Source of the DNA: Obrimoposthia wandeli
Taxonomy: Eukaryota
Length of the DNA stretch: 64,000 bases
NCBI GenBank assembly: GCA_977020255.1
Contig: CDROCS010001143.1
Coordinates: 1 to 64,000 of the forward strand
Direction of reading: 5' to 3'
In this document: positions 29,922-40,729 of the stretch, in pieces
How positions within the stretch are numbered: the stretch's first letter is position 1
How the letters are laid out: each line of letters opens with the position of its first letter
The notes under the pieces: model-generated
Told to the model about the DNA's origin: nothing
Databases searched by the model: none
The model's input: only the letters and a program-made list of their open reading frames with translations
Made by a program: the position numbers and the translations under genes

Positions 29922-32225
29922 TTATCCTGGCTGCAAGGGAGCATCATAAGCAGTGATCTCAGGCAATACTCCTTCAAATTTTTCCAAATTTACTAACGCA
30001 CTATGCGCGGCTGTCCCTTGTGAAAGCTGAGATGTTCTCTTATCGTGCGTAAGTACATTCGGATTACCATGTTTATCTAGACTGTTAACTTTTTCAGGGT
30101 TAACAGGGTCATACCACGCACCAGTACACAGGTAAACGGTTCTTTCTCTAATATCTTCAGTAACGACAGCCCCAGCAAGGCATGCGCCCCTATCATTAAA
30201 TACTTTAACAATATCACCATCGCAAATATTACGAGCCTGAGCATCTTGAGGATGTATCATTATTGGTTCACGCCCTTTCACTTTTGAGCTCTGGCTGTAC
30301 TTCCCTGCATCCAGCTGGCTATGAAGTCGTGTTTTAGGTTGTCCTGATATCATATGGAGCGGAAATACACTGGCTTTTTCTGCATTAAGCCATTCTGTCG
30401 GAGGAAGCCAGGTAAACTGCCCTGGGCAATCTGAATAACCAAATGAAGCGATGTGATTACTGTACAGCTCGATTTTCCCACTCGGCGTAGAAAGACAGTT
30501 TAGTTCCGGATTCTCTCGAAACTCCGACAACAGAATAGTATCAGGATTTGGATCCGGAAATTCAATGATATCTCCTTCTAAAAACGCTTCGAACTTAGGT
30601 AACTTAACTCCTATATCAGAAGATATTTTACTAAGATCTTGCCACATTCCCTCTAGCCACTGACGTGATGTTTTATTCTGCGTGAAATCTTCATCAAAAT
30701 TTAATCGCTCTGCTATTTTAGTAAATATGTCATACTCATCGCGCGCTTCAGCAACTGGGTTAATTGCCTTAGGCATAGGTATCAGACTATTATCTCGTTG
30801 TCCTCCACCAATATCTTCTCTTTCCAGAGTGGTTGTCACTGGTAGAACAATATCAGCAAACCTTGCCGTAGCTGTCCAATTAATCTCATTAACAATGATT
30901 GTTTCAGGTTTTTGAAAAGCCTTAACCAAACGGTTTATATCTTGATGGTGGTGAAATGGGTTTCCACCAGCCCACCATACCATTCGGATATCCGGATAAG
31001 TAAGATCCATGCCATTGTATTTATACTCTTCACCTGGGTTGAGTAACATATCCGAAATACAAGCCACTGGAATAAATGTATCAACATGATTTTTACCCTG
31101 AGGGAAGGACGGCCATCTAAAAGGTCGATTCATTAGACCAATACCACCATCAGAACCGTAAGCTATTGCAAAACCACCGGCAGATAAACCTATCTGCCCA
31201 AGCATTGAAGCTAATGTAATCGTACCCCATAGTGTTTGTTCGCCATGCTCTGCTCTTTGCAAACCAGCCGCCGTACAAATAAAAGTACGTGAACATGCCA
31301 TTTGACGAGCAAGCTTCCTAATTCTATCAGCAGGTATTTCAGACTGGATGCTAGCCCAGTCTGCTGTTTTAGTCACGCCATCTTTTTCTCCAAGAAGATA
31401 AGATTTCACTTCATCAAAACCTACCGTGTACTTATCCAAAAAATCCTGATCATGCAGGCTTTCCACAAGAAGAGTATGGGCTAGCCCTAACATTATAGCA
31501 GTGTCTGATCCCGGTATAGGAGCCAACCATTCGGCATTAATCTCAGCGGGAGTGTCTGATTTACAAGGATTAAAGTCAATAAACTTAACACCTGCTGCAT
31601 GACAGGATAATAACTCATCCTTCAATCGATGACGCGAACATCCTCCTGGAGAGACCTGAGCGCTCTTTAATGGAATACCACCGAACATAACAACAAGCTC
31701 ACCTTCTTTGGCAATCGTTGACCAGCGTGTTCCATTGTATGCCAGATGGTCAAATTTACCGACTATATGCGGTAACAGTATCAAAGCTGTATTATAGCTA
31801 TAATTACCTTCGCTTTTTACAAACCCACCAGCACAGTTTAAAAATCTCTTTAATTGACTCTGTGCATGATGGAATCTACCAGCACTCCCCCATCCATAAG
31901 AACCACCGAAAATAGCTTTATTACCATATTTTTTTCTAGTCGACTCTAATGCCTTACTAGCCAGGTCCAATGCGACCTCCCAGGAGACTTCTACAAAAGG
32001 CTCCTGACCTCGCTTATTGTCATTATGCTGTGGCCCATTTTCCAGATACCCTTTACGCACGGCTGGTCTTTTTATCCGCGCAGTACCATATATAGAATCA
32101 ACAAAGTTATCATTAATAAGAGATGGATCAGGGTCTCCTGGATGGCCGCCTACACCAGTTAATTTTCCATCTTGAACTTCTACTATCCCTGCTCCCCAAT
32201 GGCTTGACGTGACATGTTTTTTCAT
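29922..32225 (-). CDS. Mo-bisPGD oxidoreductase, BisC/DMSO-reductase type, no Tat signal
   Basis: SHWG at residue 8, GGSYGWGSAGRFHHA, GNYS Mo-ligand serine, WWAGGNPFHHHQD, RLHSQL. Confidence 0.88.
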   Translation of the reverse strand: MKKHVTSSHWGAGIVEVQDGKLTGVGGHPGDPDPSLINDNFVDSIYGTARIKRPAVRKGYLENGPQHNDNKRGQEPFVEVSWEVALDLASKALESTRKKYGNKAIFGGSYGWGSAGRFHHAQSQLKRFLNCAGGFVKSEGNYSYNTALILLPHIVGKFDHLAYNGTRWSTIAKEGELVVMFGGIPLKSAQVSPGGCSRHRLKDELLSCHAAGVKFIDFNPCKSDTPAEINAEWLAPIPGSDTAIMLGLAHTLLVESLHDQDFLDKYTVGFDEVKSYLLGEKDGVTKTADWASIQSEIPADRIRKLARQMACSRTFICTAAGLQRAEHGEQTLWGTITLASMLGQIGLSAGGFAIAYGSDGGIGLMNRPFRWPSFPQGKNHVDTFIPVACISDMLLNPGEEYKYNGMDLTYPDIRMVWWAGGNPFHHHQDINRLVKAFQKPETIIVNEINWTATARFADIVLPVTTTLEREDIGGGQRDNSLIPMPKAINPVAEARDEYDIFTKIAERLNFDEDFTQNKTSRQWLEGMWQDLSKISSDIGVKLPKFEAFLEGDIIEFPDPNPDTILLSEFRENPELNCLSTPSGKIELYSNHIASFGYSDCPGQFTWLPPTEWLNAEKASVFPLHMISGQPKTRLHSQLDAGKYSQSSKVKGREPIMIHPQDAQARNICDGDIVKVFNDRGACLAGAVVTEDIRERTVYLCTGAWYDPVNPEKVNSLDKHGNPNVLTHDKRTSQLSQGTAAHSALVNLEKFEGVLPEITAYDAPLQPG

Positions 32226-32685
32226 TTTCTCTACCTAAAATTCTTATTCATATTATATGAACTAGCAGTATTCCAATGCTCTGTAAATTTTACACAGTAT
32301 ATAACGATCAATCTTAACTGTTCTCTGTGATGTTAGGAGCTCTTAACAACACAACCGGATTACGTTTGGGTTCACTGTTATCCATGGCGATAATAACTAC
32401 ATAAATGATATAAAAAATAACTAAAAATTACTGGAAATGTTGAATTTCAACGTTTCAGAACAAGCAGCCTTAATAACATTAAGGCGGAGAAGCTTTGCCC
32501 TGATAAGCACTTATTGCTTACTTTTGAAGGCACCGACATTTATTTTTCATTACAATAATCGCTCTCTCCATAAATGGGTTTCAACACAGGAACAAATCAA
32601 ACCATTTTAACCTCGTTCATATTTATGGAATGAGATTCAGGCACCTATTAAAAACTAGTTATTGTCTGGATTTTTATAACTCTAT

Positions 32686-33570
32686 TTACCGAAGAATAAC
32701 GGTTTTATTACCCTCAAGGAACACTCGATGCTCAATATGTAGTTTTACCGCTCTAGCAAGAGCCATTGTCTCTGTATCTCTACCAATAGCAACCAACTCC
32801 TCAGCGTAGACAGAATGATCCACTTCTTGTACGGACTGAGAAATAATAGGCCCCTCATCAAGATCTGCCGTCACGTAGTGTGCAGTAGCTCCTATAAGTT
32901 TCACACCTCGCTCATAAGCCTGATGATAAGGCTTAGCACCTTTAAATCCGGGCAAAAACGAATGATGAATATTGATAGCCCGCCCTTTAAGCTCTTGGCA
33001 AAGGTTATCTGTCAATACTTGCATATAACGCGCTAAAACAACTAGATCAGTATTTGTTTCTTTAACCATATCCAGCAGTTTGCTTTCTTGGTCTTTCTTA
33101 TTATCTGAATTAACTGGCAAATAGACAAATCGAATACCTGCCCGCTCTGCCATAGGTCGCAGGTCAAGGTGATTAGAAACCACAGCTGTAATTTCCATAT
33201 CGAATTCACCCTTATTATAACGATAAAGGAGGTCATCAAGGCAATGATCGAATTTAGAAACCATAATCATAACCTTCGTGGGGTTCTGAGAATCATGCAT
33301 TTGCCAATCCATACTAAATTTTTCAGCGATACCCGTGAATCCATCTCGTAAATCATCGAAATCAATTTCAGAATTATCCATAATATTGAATACTACTCGC
33401 ATAAATAAGCGTTTAGTACTTTGATCGTCAAACTGTGCAGATTCAACTATATCGCAGCCTTGAGCTGCTAAGTAAGAACTTACTCCGGCAACAATCCCTC
33501 GGGCTGTAGCACAGCTAATAGTCAAAGTATAACGACTGATATGTTGTTTATTATTTTGCATAATCATCAA
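32686..33570 (-). CDS. purU: Formyltetrahydrofolate deformylase
   Basis: ACT domain, MVSKFDHCL, LVVLARYMQVL, INIHHSFLP, KLIGATAHYVT..LDEGPII; exact start uncertain. Confidence 0.93.
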   Translation of the reverse strand: MMIMQNNKQHISRYTLTISCATARGIVAGVSSYLAAQGCDIVESAQFDDQSTKRLFMRVVFNIMDNSEIDFDDLRDGFTGIAEKFSMDWQMHDSQNPTKVMIMVSKFDHCLDDLLYRYNKGEFDMEITAVVSNHLDLRPMAERAGIRFVYLPVNSDNKKDQESKLLDMVKETNTDLVVLARYMQVLTDNLCQELKGRAINIHHSFLPGFKGAKPYHQAYERGVKLIGATAHYVTADLDEGPIISQSVQEVDHSVYAEELVAIGRDTETMALARAVKLHIEHRVFLEGNKTVILR

Positions 33571-33857
33571 AACCTAAATTGGTCACTAGGATACAACCTT
33601 TAGTTCTAAATGTGATAAGAACTCACAATTCAAAACAAAGAGCTAAATATATTACTATTAAAACAGTAATGCCCTTTAGTTGCTTTAACCGGAACGGCAG
33701 AATATTAACATCACCGACCCTTACAGCATCAGTAAAGCGTAAAGAAACAACCTGTATACTCATCCAAACATGTCCATACTCAATTTTCACAATCTAATAG
33801 ATTGACAGGCCCTCACCACTCATGCAAAATTCAAGTAAATTGAATTAGACTCCGATA

Positions 33858-34535
33858 ATGACATCAGCTATATATACTGAACAAAGTGAATTAAGTAAGA
33901 AACGTATTATGCTTGCTGCACTAGATCTTTTTGCCGAACACGAACTAGATGCAATTTCTATGAGGATGATTAATAGGGCCGCTGGTTATCGAAATAATTC
34001 GGCTCTTCACTATCATTTTGGTAGTAAGCAAGGTCTCTTTGAATCTATCGTAGTCTTTATTCAGAAATGGTTTAATGATGCTCGGGAACAAACGTTATTA
34101 GCCACTGAAGCTAAGATTTGCTCATCAGAAAATATTGAAGTTCGTGATATAGTTGAAGCTTTTATCATTCCATATATCCGACTATTAGAATCAGAGCATT
34201 GGGGATACCCTGCAATTCGATTTTTGGCACGCATGGAATTTGAAGGAACTTCAGAGAGCTATACTTATCTTATTCAGTTAGCAGAGAATCAATCTCTTAG
34301 ACTCAAAGCGCTTTTAGCTATCTGTTTACCCAATATCCCAGAAAAAATAAGACATCAACGATTTAATTTCTTCATCACAAGTGTCATGCAGGGATTGGCA
34401 GAATATAAAAACTTAAAGCATACGTATATGGGAAATATAAAAGCCGACAGTTATAGGGAATTAGCTGATGTTATAATAGCGTATTCTGTTGCAGGATTAG
34501 AAATACCTGTAAGCAATAGATCAACCAATTATTAG
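33858..34535 (+). CDS. TetR-family regulator
   Basis: ALDLFAEH...ISMRMINRAAG...ALHYHFGSK. Confidence 0.88.
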   Translation: MTSAIYTEQSELSKKRIMLAALDLFAEHELDAISMRMINRAAGYRNNSALHYHFGSKQGLFESIVVFIQKWFNDAREQTLLATEAKICSSENIEVRDIVEAFIIPYIRLLESEHWGYPAIRFLARMEFEGTSESYTYLIQLAENQSLRLKALLAICLPNIPEKIRHQRFNFFITSVMQGLAEYKNLKHTYMGNIKADSYRELADVIIAYSVAGLEIPVSNRSTNY

Positions 34536-35451
34536 AAGAATAGCGATAAATAAAACACCTGATTTTAGCGAGCTGCATTGATCTTCTATACTTTAAAAAT
34601 AGAGCCCCACCCTAATGCTTGCCTCGATGACTTCCAAATTAACAATGGCTTTGTTTTTTACAAGCTCCATGAGTTTTTTTCGTGCCAAATTAAAATGTTG
34701 TTTGTAAGTAGCAAAAGGGCTCTTTAATACACTGATTACAATAGATTTGTTCCATTATCCTAAGCCTACCCAAACATCAAGATACCACATCAAAAAAAAA
34801 GCGAGAGCTGACGCGGCAAAATACTCCTTAAATATCGCAGGTTCAAATCTTAGCCCACCAATCAATATTGGTGCCAGTATACAAATTGAATTTCACCAAC
34901 TCTAATTTATATCCAGAGCAACCATCTTTTTAAGCCGCTCAACGGTTACTTTATCTGACATTGAATCTGCCATATACCCAAGCCTAGTCCATTCTTCGGA
35001 TCGTTTTCGTACAGTTAATAAGAAGAGCTTTACATGTAAACCGCACCGTATCGACAATTAATTAAAGAACATATTGGAGCAAAATAGTATTGGAGAATCA
35101 AACTACATAATGCTTTTACAGTTGATGCTCAAACACAATGGTGAGATTTAGATTTAATGGTGTGAAGGCTCAATATTATATCTTCTAAGCCATTTTAGAT
35201 ATTACAACTCGGTGAGGTCGCATTCTAATAATTTACGCCTAACACCGAATGTAAAAGAAGATTTTTATCGGAGAACCTCGAATAGGTCGGCCAAAAAAAA
35301 GTAGACCACTAAACTATTATCAACCTCCAAAATCGTTAAGAATATTTAACTAAGTTATGTTTAACGTTGATTTGTAGATCACCCTCTGATTCTACTTCCT
35401 CTAATACTAAATGCCATTCTAGTAATGAATGACTAATAGATCAAAAAGCAC

Positions 35452-36807
35452 TTATAACTCTTTCCCCGCGCGCCATTCTTTCCAAGCCATTGTCGCATTG
35501 GCCCCTAGTGATAAAAAAGGTTCTGGTGGCAGCTTTGCTGGAGCTTGTTGATTCATTAAGAAATCAGTCAACATATCAGATTGACCTAGTACCGCTTGCT
35601 CGGCTGCCATCATCCCAGCGAGAGTACCTTTAACAGTTCCAAGGCCATTGTGACAACAAGCAGACCAGACTCTGTCTTCAATTTCGCCAAAGGCGGCCAT
35701 CGAATTTAATGACAGGCATAATCGACCTCCCCAGCGATGTTCCATTTCGATGCCATTAAGCATCGGAAAACGGTTAGTAAAAGAACGGTCCTGAATTTTT
35801 TGTGCCTTGCGCATATTACGATCATTGGCTTCGATGCTTTGATTCAAAGTTGCATGATTACGTATTACTATACGATCGCCACTGCCTAAATAGTTAGAAA
35901 ACCTTCGCACCGTCGTGCCAATCGGGTCAGCTGGGAGAACTCCCCAATCGCTTGCGCCACCTAATCGTTCTATTTCCTGCTTGGTTAACGCTCGGGTCAT
36001 CGATGCGTAAGTAAACACATGCAGTAATTGGCGTGGATAAAAGCCAAATGATTGGATATGACCGTTGACTGCCATAATCACATGCTTTGCGCGAATACTA
36101 CCGCGTGGTGTGACTAACTTGTGCTCTTCTCCTAGTTCCATAGAGGTGACAGGGCTATTTTCATAGATAGACACTCGCTCAGATAACCCTTTAGCCGCTT
36201 GCCTGATAAAGGCTGCAGGTTGAATGACCACAGCTCCTGGGGTAAATAACCCCTGCTGGTAAAAATCAGAGCCAGTCCAGTCTTTCATTTGTGCAGCGTT
36301 ATGCAATTGGTATTTCTCACCTAGAGAATCTAGGTGCTTGGCGTAGCTATGAATATGAGCAGTGCCTTTATCAGTACCTGCAGCAGTCACTTTTCCACAA
36401 GGGTCAAAGGTTTGCTGATCCATAGTGTATTCTTGAGCCATATCCGCTGCGAACTTTATCGCAGCACGATTTAAGCGAACTTGTTGCAGATCTTGCTCGT
36501 GAGAGCCAGTATAAGTTTCAGAATTAAGTTCGTGAGGTAGGTCGATCATAAAACCACTGTTGCGACCTGCCGGACCATCTGCCATTCGCCCAGCATCCAG
36601 TAGTACAATGCTTTCTTCACTACCTAATAATTGTGTTAGGCGACGTGCAGCAGCAAGACCAGTAAAGCCACCACCGATAATTACCCAGTCTGCTTTGCGA
36701 TCTATATCTAGTTCCGAAAATGCAGCGGTTTCAGGAAGAATACTATGCCAAGCAGCAGGCCCAGGATCTTTAGGGAGCTGCTTAACGTTGATTATTTTTT
36801 TACTCAT
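35452..36807 (-). CDS. FAD-dependent oxidoreductase (DadA/PuuB-like amine/D-amino acid oxidase family)
   Basis: IIGGGFTGLAAA, PAGRNSGF, HRWGG, CCHNGLG. Confidence 0.82.
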   Translation of the reverse strand: MSKKIINVKQLPKDPGPAAWHSILPETAAFSELDIDRKADWVIIGGGFTGLAAARRLTQLLGSEESIVLLDAGRMADGPAGRNSGFMIDLPHELNSETYTGSHEQDLQQVRLNRAAIKFAADMAQEYTMDQQTFDPCGKVTAAGTDKGTAHIHSYAKHLDSLGEKYQLHNAAQMKDWTGSDFYQQGLFTPGAVVIQPAAFIRQAAKGLSERVSIYENSPVTSMELGEEHKLVTPRGSIRAKHVIMAVNGHIQSFGFYPRQLLHVFTYASMTRALTKQEIERLGGASDWGVLPADPIGTTVRRFSNYLGSGDRIVIRNHATLNQSIEANDRNMRKAQKIQDRSFTNRFPMLNGIEMEHRWGGRLCLSLNSMAAFGEIEDRVWSACCHNGLGTVKGTLAGMMAAEQAVLGQSDMLTDFLMNQQAPAKLPPEPFLSLGANATMAWKEWRAGKEL

Positions 36808-36914
36808 TTATAATGCCTACTTCCCAATAAAGTCTTCGTGCGCTGCAACTGTTAGTGAATCATGAAAAACAGCAGCGCACAAAGGAAAGAGTATAAAAGT
36901 AAAGTATTTGGGTG

Positions 36915-38405
36915 TTAACTCAAATCTAGCCAGATAGTTTTCAATTGCGTGAATTGGTCATGAGCATGAATTGAGTTATCTCGCCCACCAAACCCAGATT
37001 GTTTATAGCCCCCAAAAGGCGTAGATATATCACCTTCACCAAAGCAATTAACCGTTACAGTACCTGCACGGAGCATTTGGGCTGCACGTAATGATTTCTT
37101 TGCATTGGCAGTAAAAACAGAAGCGGCCAAGCCGTAAACGGTATCATTTGCAACTGCCATCGCTTCATCAAAATCGCTTACAGTGATAACTGATAAAATA
37201 GGGCCGAAGATTTCATCTTGAGCTAATCGGTCACTATTTTTGACATTGTCATAAATAGTGGGAAGTACATAACATCCATCGACTGATTCACCACCATAAA
37301 TTAGCTGGTGGTTATCTTGTTTTGCAATATCCATGTATCCCGTGACTTTGTTGAAATGGTTTTTATCAACAAGCGCTCCCAGCTGATTATCTGGGTTAAG
37401 AGGGTCACCAGTTTTCCATTCTTTAGCATGCTCAATAATTTTCTCTAAAAGCTCTGCTTTAATAGCTTCTTGAACAATAAGTCGTGATCCTGCTGAGCAG
37501 TTTTCGCCCATATTCCAAAATGCAGCGGCGACTACTTGTTCGGCAACATTGTCTAAATCTTCAGCATCATCTAATACTACGCAAGGGTTTTTGCCGCCTA
37601 ATTCTAAGACAACTTCTTTAATATTCGATTCTGCAGAGTAGCTAAGAAAACGACGCCCTGTTGCAGTTGAGCCCGTAAAGGTAACCATATCAACATCCAT
37701 ATGACGACCAATGGCTTCACCAACAACATTGCCAAAGCCTGTCACTACATTGAATACGCCATCTGGAATACCAGCTTGAGTAGCCAGTTCAGCGACACGT
37801 AATGCACTTAAAGAAGTCTGTTCCGCAGGCTTTAGGACAACAGAGCAACCTGCTGCAAGCGAAGGTGCTATTTTCCAAGCCAGCATTAAAATAGGAAAGT
37901 TCCAAGGCAATACGGCACCAACAACACCGATTGGCTCACGTACTATCATCGACACTGCTCCTGAACCTACAGGCGCTGTCTGGTCATAGATTTTATCGAT
38001 AAGCTCAGCGTGCCATGCGATAGTATTGACCACTTCAGGAATATCGATAGTAACACAATCAGCAATTGGTTTTCCTGAATCGATAGATTCAAGAACGGCT
38101 AATTCGTCTCCAGCGAGTGCTATCAAGCGAGTGAATTCTAGTAATATACGCTTACGCTCTGCCGGGTGCATCTGACTCCAGATACCATTGTCAAATGATT
38201 GGCGTGCACAATCTACAGCAAAGTCGACATCTTGCGAGGTGCAAGCGGCGATGTGAGTAATGATTTCTCCAGTCGCGGGATTAATCGCTGGAATGGTTGC
38301 TCCATCACTGGCTGGACGAAAAGCTCCGTTGATAAAACTCATTGAAGGGGGGGTTAATTCGCCGGCAATTTTCTGGTACTGCTCGTGAGTTAGTAAATCA
38401 GCCAT
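36915..38405 (-). CDS. Aldehyde dehydrogenase (PuuC/AldH-like)
   Basis: PWNFP, FTGST, LELGGK, catalytic NMGENCSAG, DEIFGP, FGGYKQSG. Confidence 0.92.
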   Translation of the reverse strand: MADLLTHEQYQKIAGELTPPSMSFINGAFRPASDGATIPAINPATGEIITHIAACTSQDVDFAVDCARQSFDNGIWSQMHPAERKRILLEFTRLIALAGDELAVLESIDSGKPIADCVTIDIPEVVNTIAWHAELIDKIYDQTAPVGSGAVSMIVREPIGVVGAVLPWNFPILMLAWKIAPSLAAGCSVVLKPAEQTSLSALRVAELATQAGIPDGVFNVVTGFGNVVGEAIGRHMDVDMVTFTGSTATGRRFLSYSAESNIKEVVLELGGKNPCVVLDDAEDLDNVAEQVVAAAFWNMGENCSAGSRLIVQEAIKAELLEKIIEHAKEWKTGDPLNPDNQLGALVDKNHFNKVTGYMDIAKQDNHQLIYGGESVDGCYVLPTIYDNVKNSDRLAQDEIFGPILSVITVSDFDEAMAVANDTVYGLAASVFTANAKKSLRAAQMLRAGTVTVNCFGEGDISTPFGGYKQSGFGGRDNSIHAHDQFTQLKTIWLDLS

Positions 38406-39313
38406 TACTCACTCTCCGCTGTGATTTTAGCGATTGTTAGCTTCAATTCAGTAACAACCTGTGCCATCGCTTCTTTTTCAGCGTTATCTAGGCTTGATAG
38501 AGGTCGACGTACTTGACCCGATACACGGCCATCTAAGGAAACTCCGTGTTTAACACTCTGAATGAATTTTCCGCCCTGCTCTAATACACTCATCAATGGC
38601 ATCATTGCAGCCATAATGCGCCGACCTTTTGCGAAATCATTATTCACTACACAGGCGTTATATAAAGCAATGTGCTCTTTAGGTAAGAAGTTTGACCCAG
38701 CACACACCCAACTTTTTGCACCCCAAGCGAAGAATTCTAAAGCTTGATCATCCATGCCGCATGAAACCTGAATGTTTGGATAATTATTGGCCAACATGTG
38801 GAGACGATTTATATCTCCAGAGCTTTCTTTTATGCTGCAAATATTGCTAGATTGCGCGACTAGATCGAGGAACTCTGCTTCCATGTTTACACCCATTCGA
38901 TCTGGGTAGTTGTAAAGCATGATAGGTAAATTGGCGACACGATCGATACGCAAAGCGTGTTGAGCCAGCTCTTTTTGAGTCGGTAATGAATAAGGGGGAG
39001 TCGCCAGTAAAAGTACATCTGCTCCGTGTTTTGCGCCATCTTCCGCTAGTTTTTCTGATGCATCTGGATTAACTGAGCCTGTGCCGAAAATGATCTGCAG
39101 CTGGTCACCGCAAACTTGACGAGCGATTTTTAACAACTCTACGCGCTCTTCGTGACTTTCAACGTAATACTCGCCCGTGGTACCACCAATCATTAAGCCG
39201 TTAACACCGGACTCTAATAGGTACTGCACGTGTGCTGTAAAGGCAGCATAATCAATAGAGTAATCGTCATTAAATGGCGTAATTACTGGCGTATAGATTC
39301 CTTCAAATTTCAT
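38405..39313 (-). CDS. Dihydrodipicolinate synthase family lyase/deaminase
   Basis: GIYTPVITPF, GGTTGE, LYNYP, Schiff-base SIKESSGD. Confidence 0.88.
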   Translation of the reverse strand: MKFEGIYTPVITPFNDDYSIDYAAFTAHVQYLLESGVNGLMIGGTTGEYYVESHEERVELLKIARQVCGDQLQIIFGTGSVNPDASEKLAEDGAKHGADVLLLATPPYSLPTQKELAQHALRIDRVANLPIMLYNYPDRMGVNMEAEFLDLVAQSSNICSIKESSGDINRLHMLANNYPNIQVSCGMDDQALEFFAWGAKSWVCAGSNFLPKEHIALYNACVVNNDFAKGRRIMAAMMPLMSVLEQGGKFIQSVKHGVSLDGRVSGQVRRPLSSLDNAEKEAMAQVVTELKLTIAKITAESE

Positions 39314-39536
39314 ATGGTCACCTAAGTTTTATCATTATTTCGTGTTATAAAGCGAAATGTAAATACTGCATTTAAACATTTCATGGATAACTAAATAATA
39401 CCGAGCAGAGCACTATGGCCGCAACCAACCTTTTGTTTAGACAAAGCATTACTTTAGGTTATGGTTATGATCGAATTAAGTGATTTTGAAGGCTTGCATA
39501 AATTGTTTATCTATTTTACTCGTCCACATTTCACAG

Positions 39537-40523
39537 CTATGTATTTAAGTGACCTACATAGGTATCTTCTAAGGCAATAGTTGTCATGAACCAGTTTTTG
39601 AAAGCGTTGAGAACGACGTCATTAGCTTTATTTTCAGCATAAGCCATGTAGTGCAGCTTCTCTTTAAACACAGCTGACTCATTACCTATACGCACCAGCA
39701 ATCCTTGTTCTATCATCGGTGCTACTAATTGATGCCAACCGAGACAAACTCCCTGATTTTTAAAGGCCATTTGAATTAACATATTAAAATCATTGGCATT
39801 AAATATGTTTGCCTCAGGCTGTGAGGATCCCATTAAATCTATATCGTGAAATGCAAACCACACAATCCAATCGACATGTTCAGCAATTTGTGAGCGACCA
39901 TAAGGGCTGAGGTTAAGCAGGTTTGCTGATGCTAAGCCTTCTAAGGTCGTAAGTTCTGGATGTAATTCAAGATACTTAGGTGAACACACTGGATAAATCA
40001 AATCATAAAATAACGGGATTGAATGATACCCCTCTCTCGGGTCATTTATTTTATTGATATAAATATCAGGATAAGCGCCAGGTTCCATATGCAAAAAATT
40101 ATTGGTTGTGATCACGTTGACATCTATATTTGGATGATCCGCGATAAAGTCAGGTAAATGTGATGACAACCAATAAGCTGAGAACGCAGGAGTACTACAG
40201 ATAGTGAGTTCTTGCTTATGCCTTCCAGTGTTTTTGATACGCTGAGCAGCTTGAGCGATATTGACGAATGACAAATAAGCGGCATCGTAGAAAATGGTGC
40301 CTTCTTCAGTGAGTTCTACAGCTCGGCCGGAACGTTTAAATAAAGTCACTTCCAAGGATGCTTCAAGATCACGAATTTGCCTGCTTATTGCGGCTTGTGT
40401 CACACAAAGGGCTTCTGCTGCGCGCGTAAAATTTTGATACTTTGCCGCTGCCACAAAAGACTTAACCGCTCTTAGAGAGGGCATTTTCACCAGGATTTGA
40501 TCAGGTTCTACGTGCTTAACCAT
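39537..40523 (-). CDS. LysR regulator, GcvA-like
   Basis: MPSLRAVKSFVAAAKYQNFTRAAEALCVTQAAISRQI. Confidence 0.9.
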   Translation of the reverse strand: MVKHVEPDQILVKMPSLRAVKSFVAAAKYQNFTRAAEALCVTQAAISRQIRDLEASLEVTLFKRSGRAVELTEEGTIFYDAAYLSFVNIAQAAQRIKNTGRHKQELTICSTPAFSAYWLSSHLPDFIADHPNIDVNVITTNNFLHMEPGAYPDIYINKINDPREGYHSIPLFYDLIYPVCSPKYLELHPELTTLEGLASANLLNLSPYGRSQIAEHVDWIVWFAFHDIDLMGSSQPEANIFNANDFNMLIQMAFKNQGVCLGWHQLVAPMIEQGLLVRIGNESAVFKEKLHYMAYAENKANDVVLNAFKNWFMTTIALEDTYVGHLNT

Positions 40524-40729
40524 AATTAAAAGTATTCTATTTGATTGTTGGTTTATTGTTAGCCTATTTATCTAAAGAATTCGCTATAGGCTATCTAGCT
40601 TTTAAGGAAGCATTTGAACATTATTTCTTTGGCGATTAGTTTTAAGCTAATATACTGTCATTAACGAGAGTCATTGACTAGTACCACTAACAAAAATTTG
40701 GCGCTCCAGACAGGAAAATAAAGTCAACA

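Noticed and set aside
32281-32308. Possible ModE site upstream of the Mo enzyme (tatataacgat)
   Set aside because: Only one half-site matches; the partner half does not.
34836-34860. gcaggttcaaatcttagcccacca resembles a tRNA T-arm and CCA end
   Set aside because: The T-stem pairs poorly, there is no upstream cloverleaf and no integrase nearby.
35230-35365. gcctaac ... gtt sequence resembling an integron attC
   Set aside because: No proper R'/L boxes, no cassette array and no integrase.
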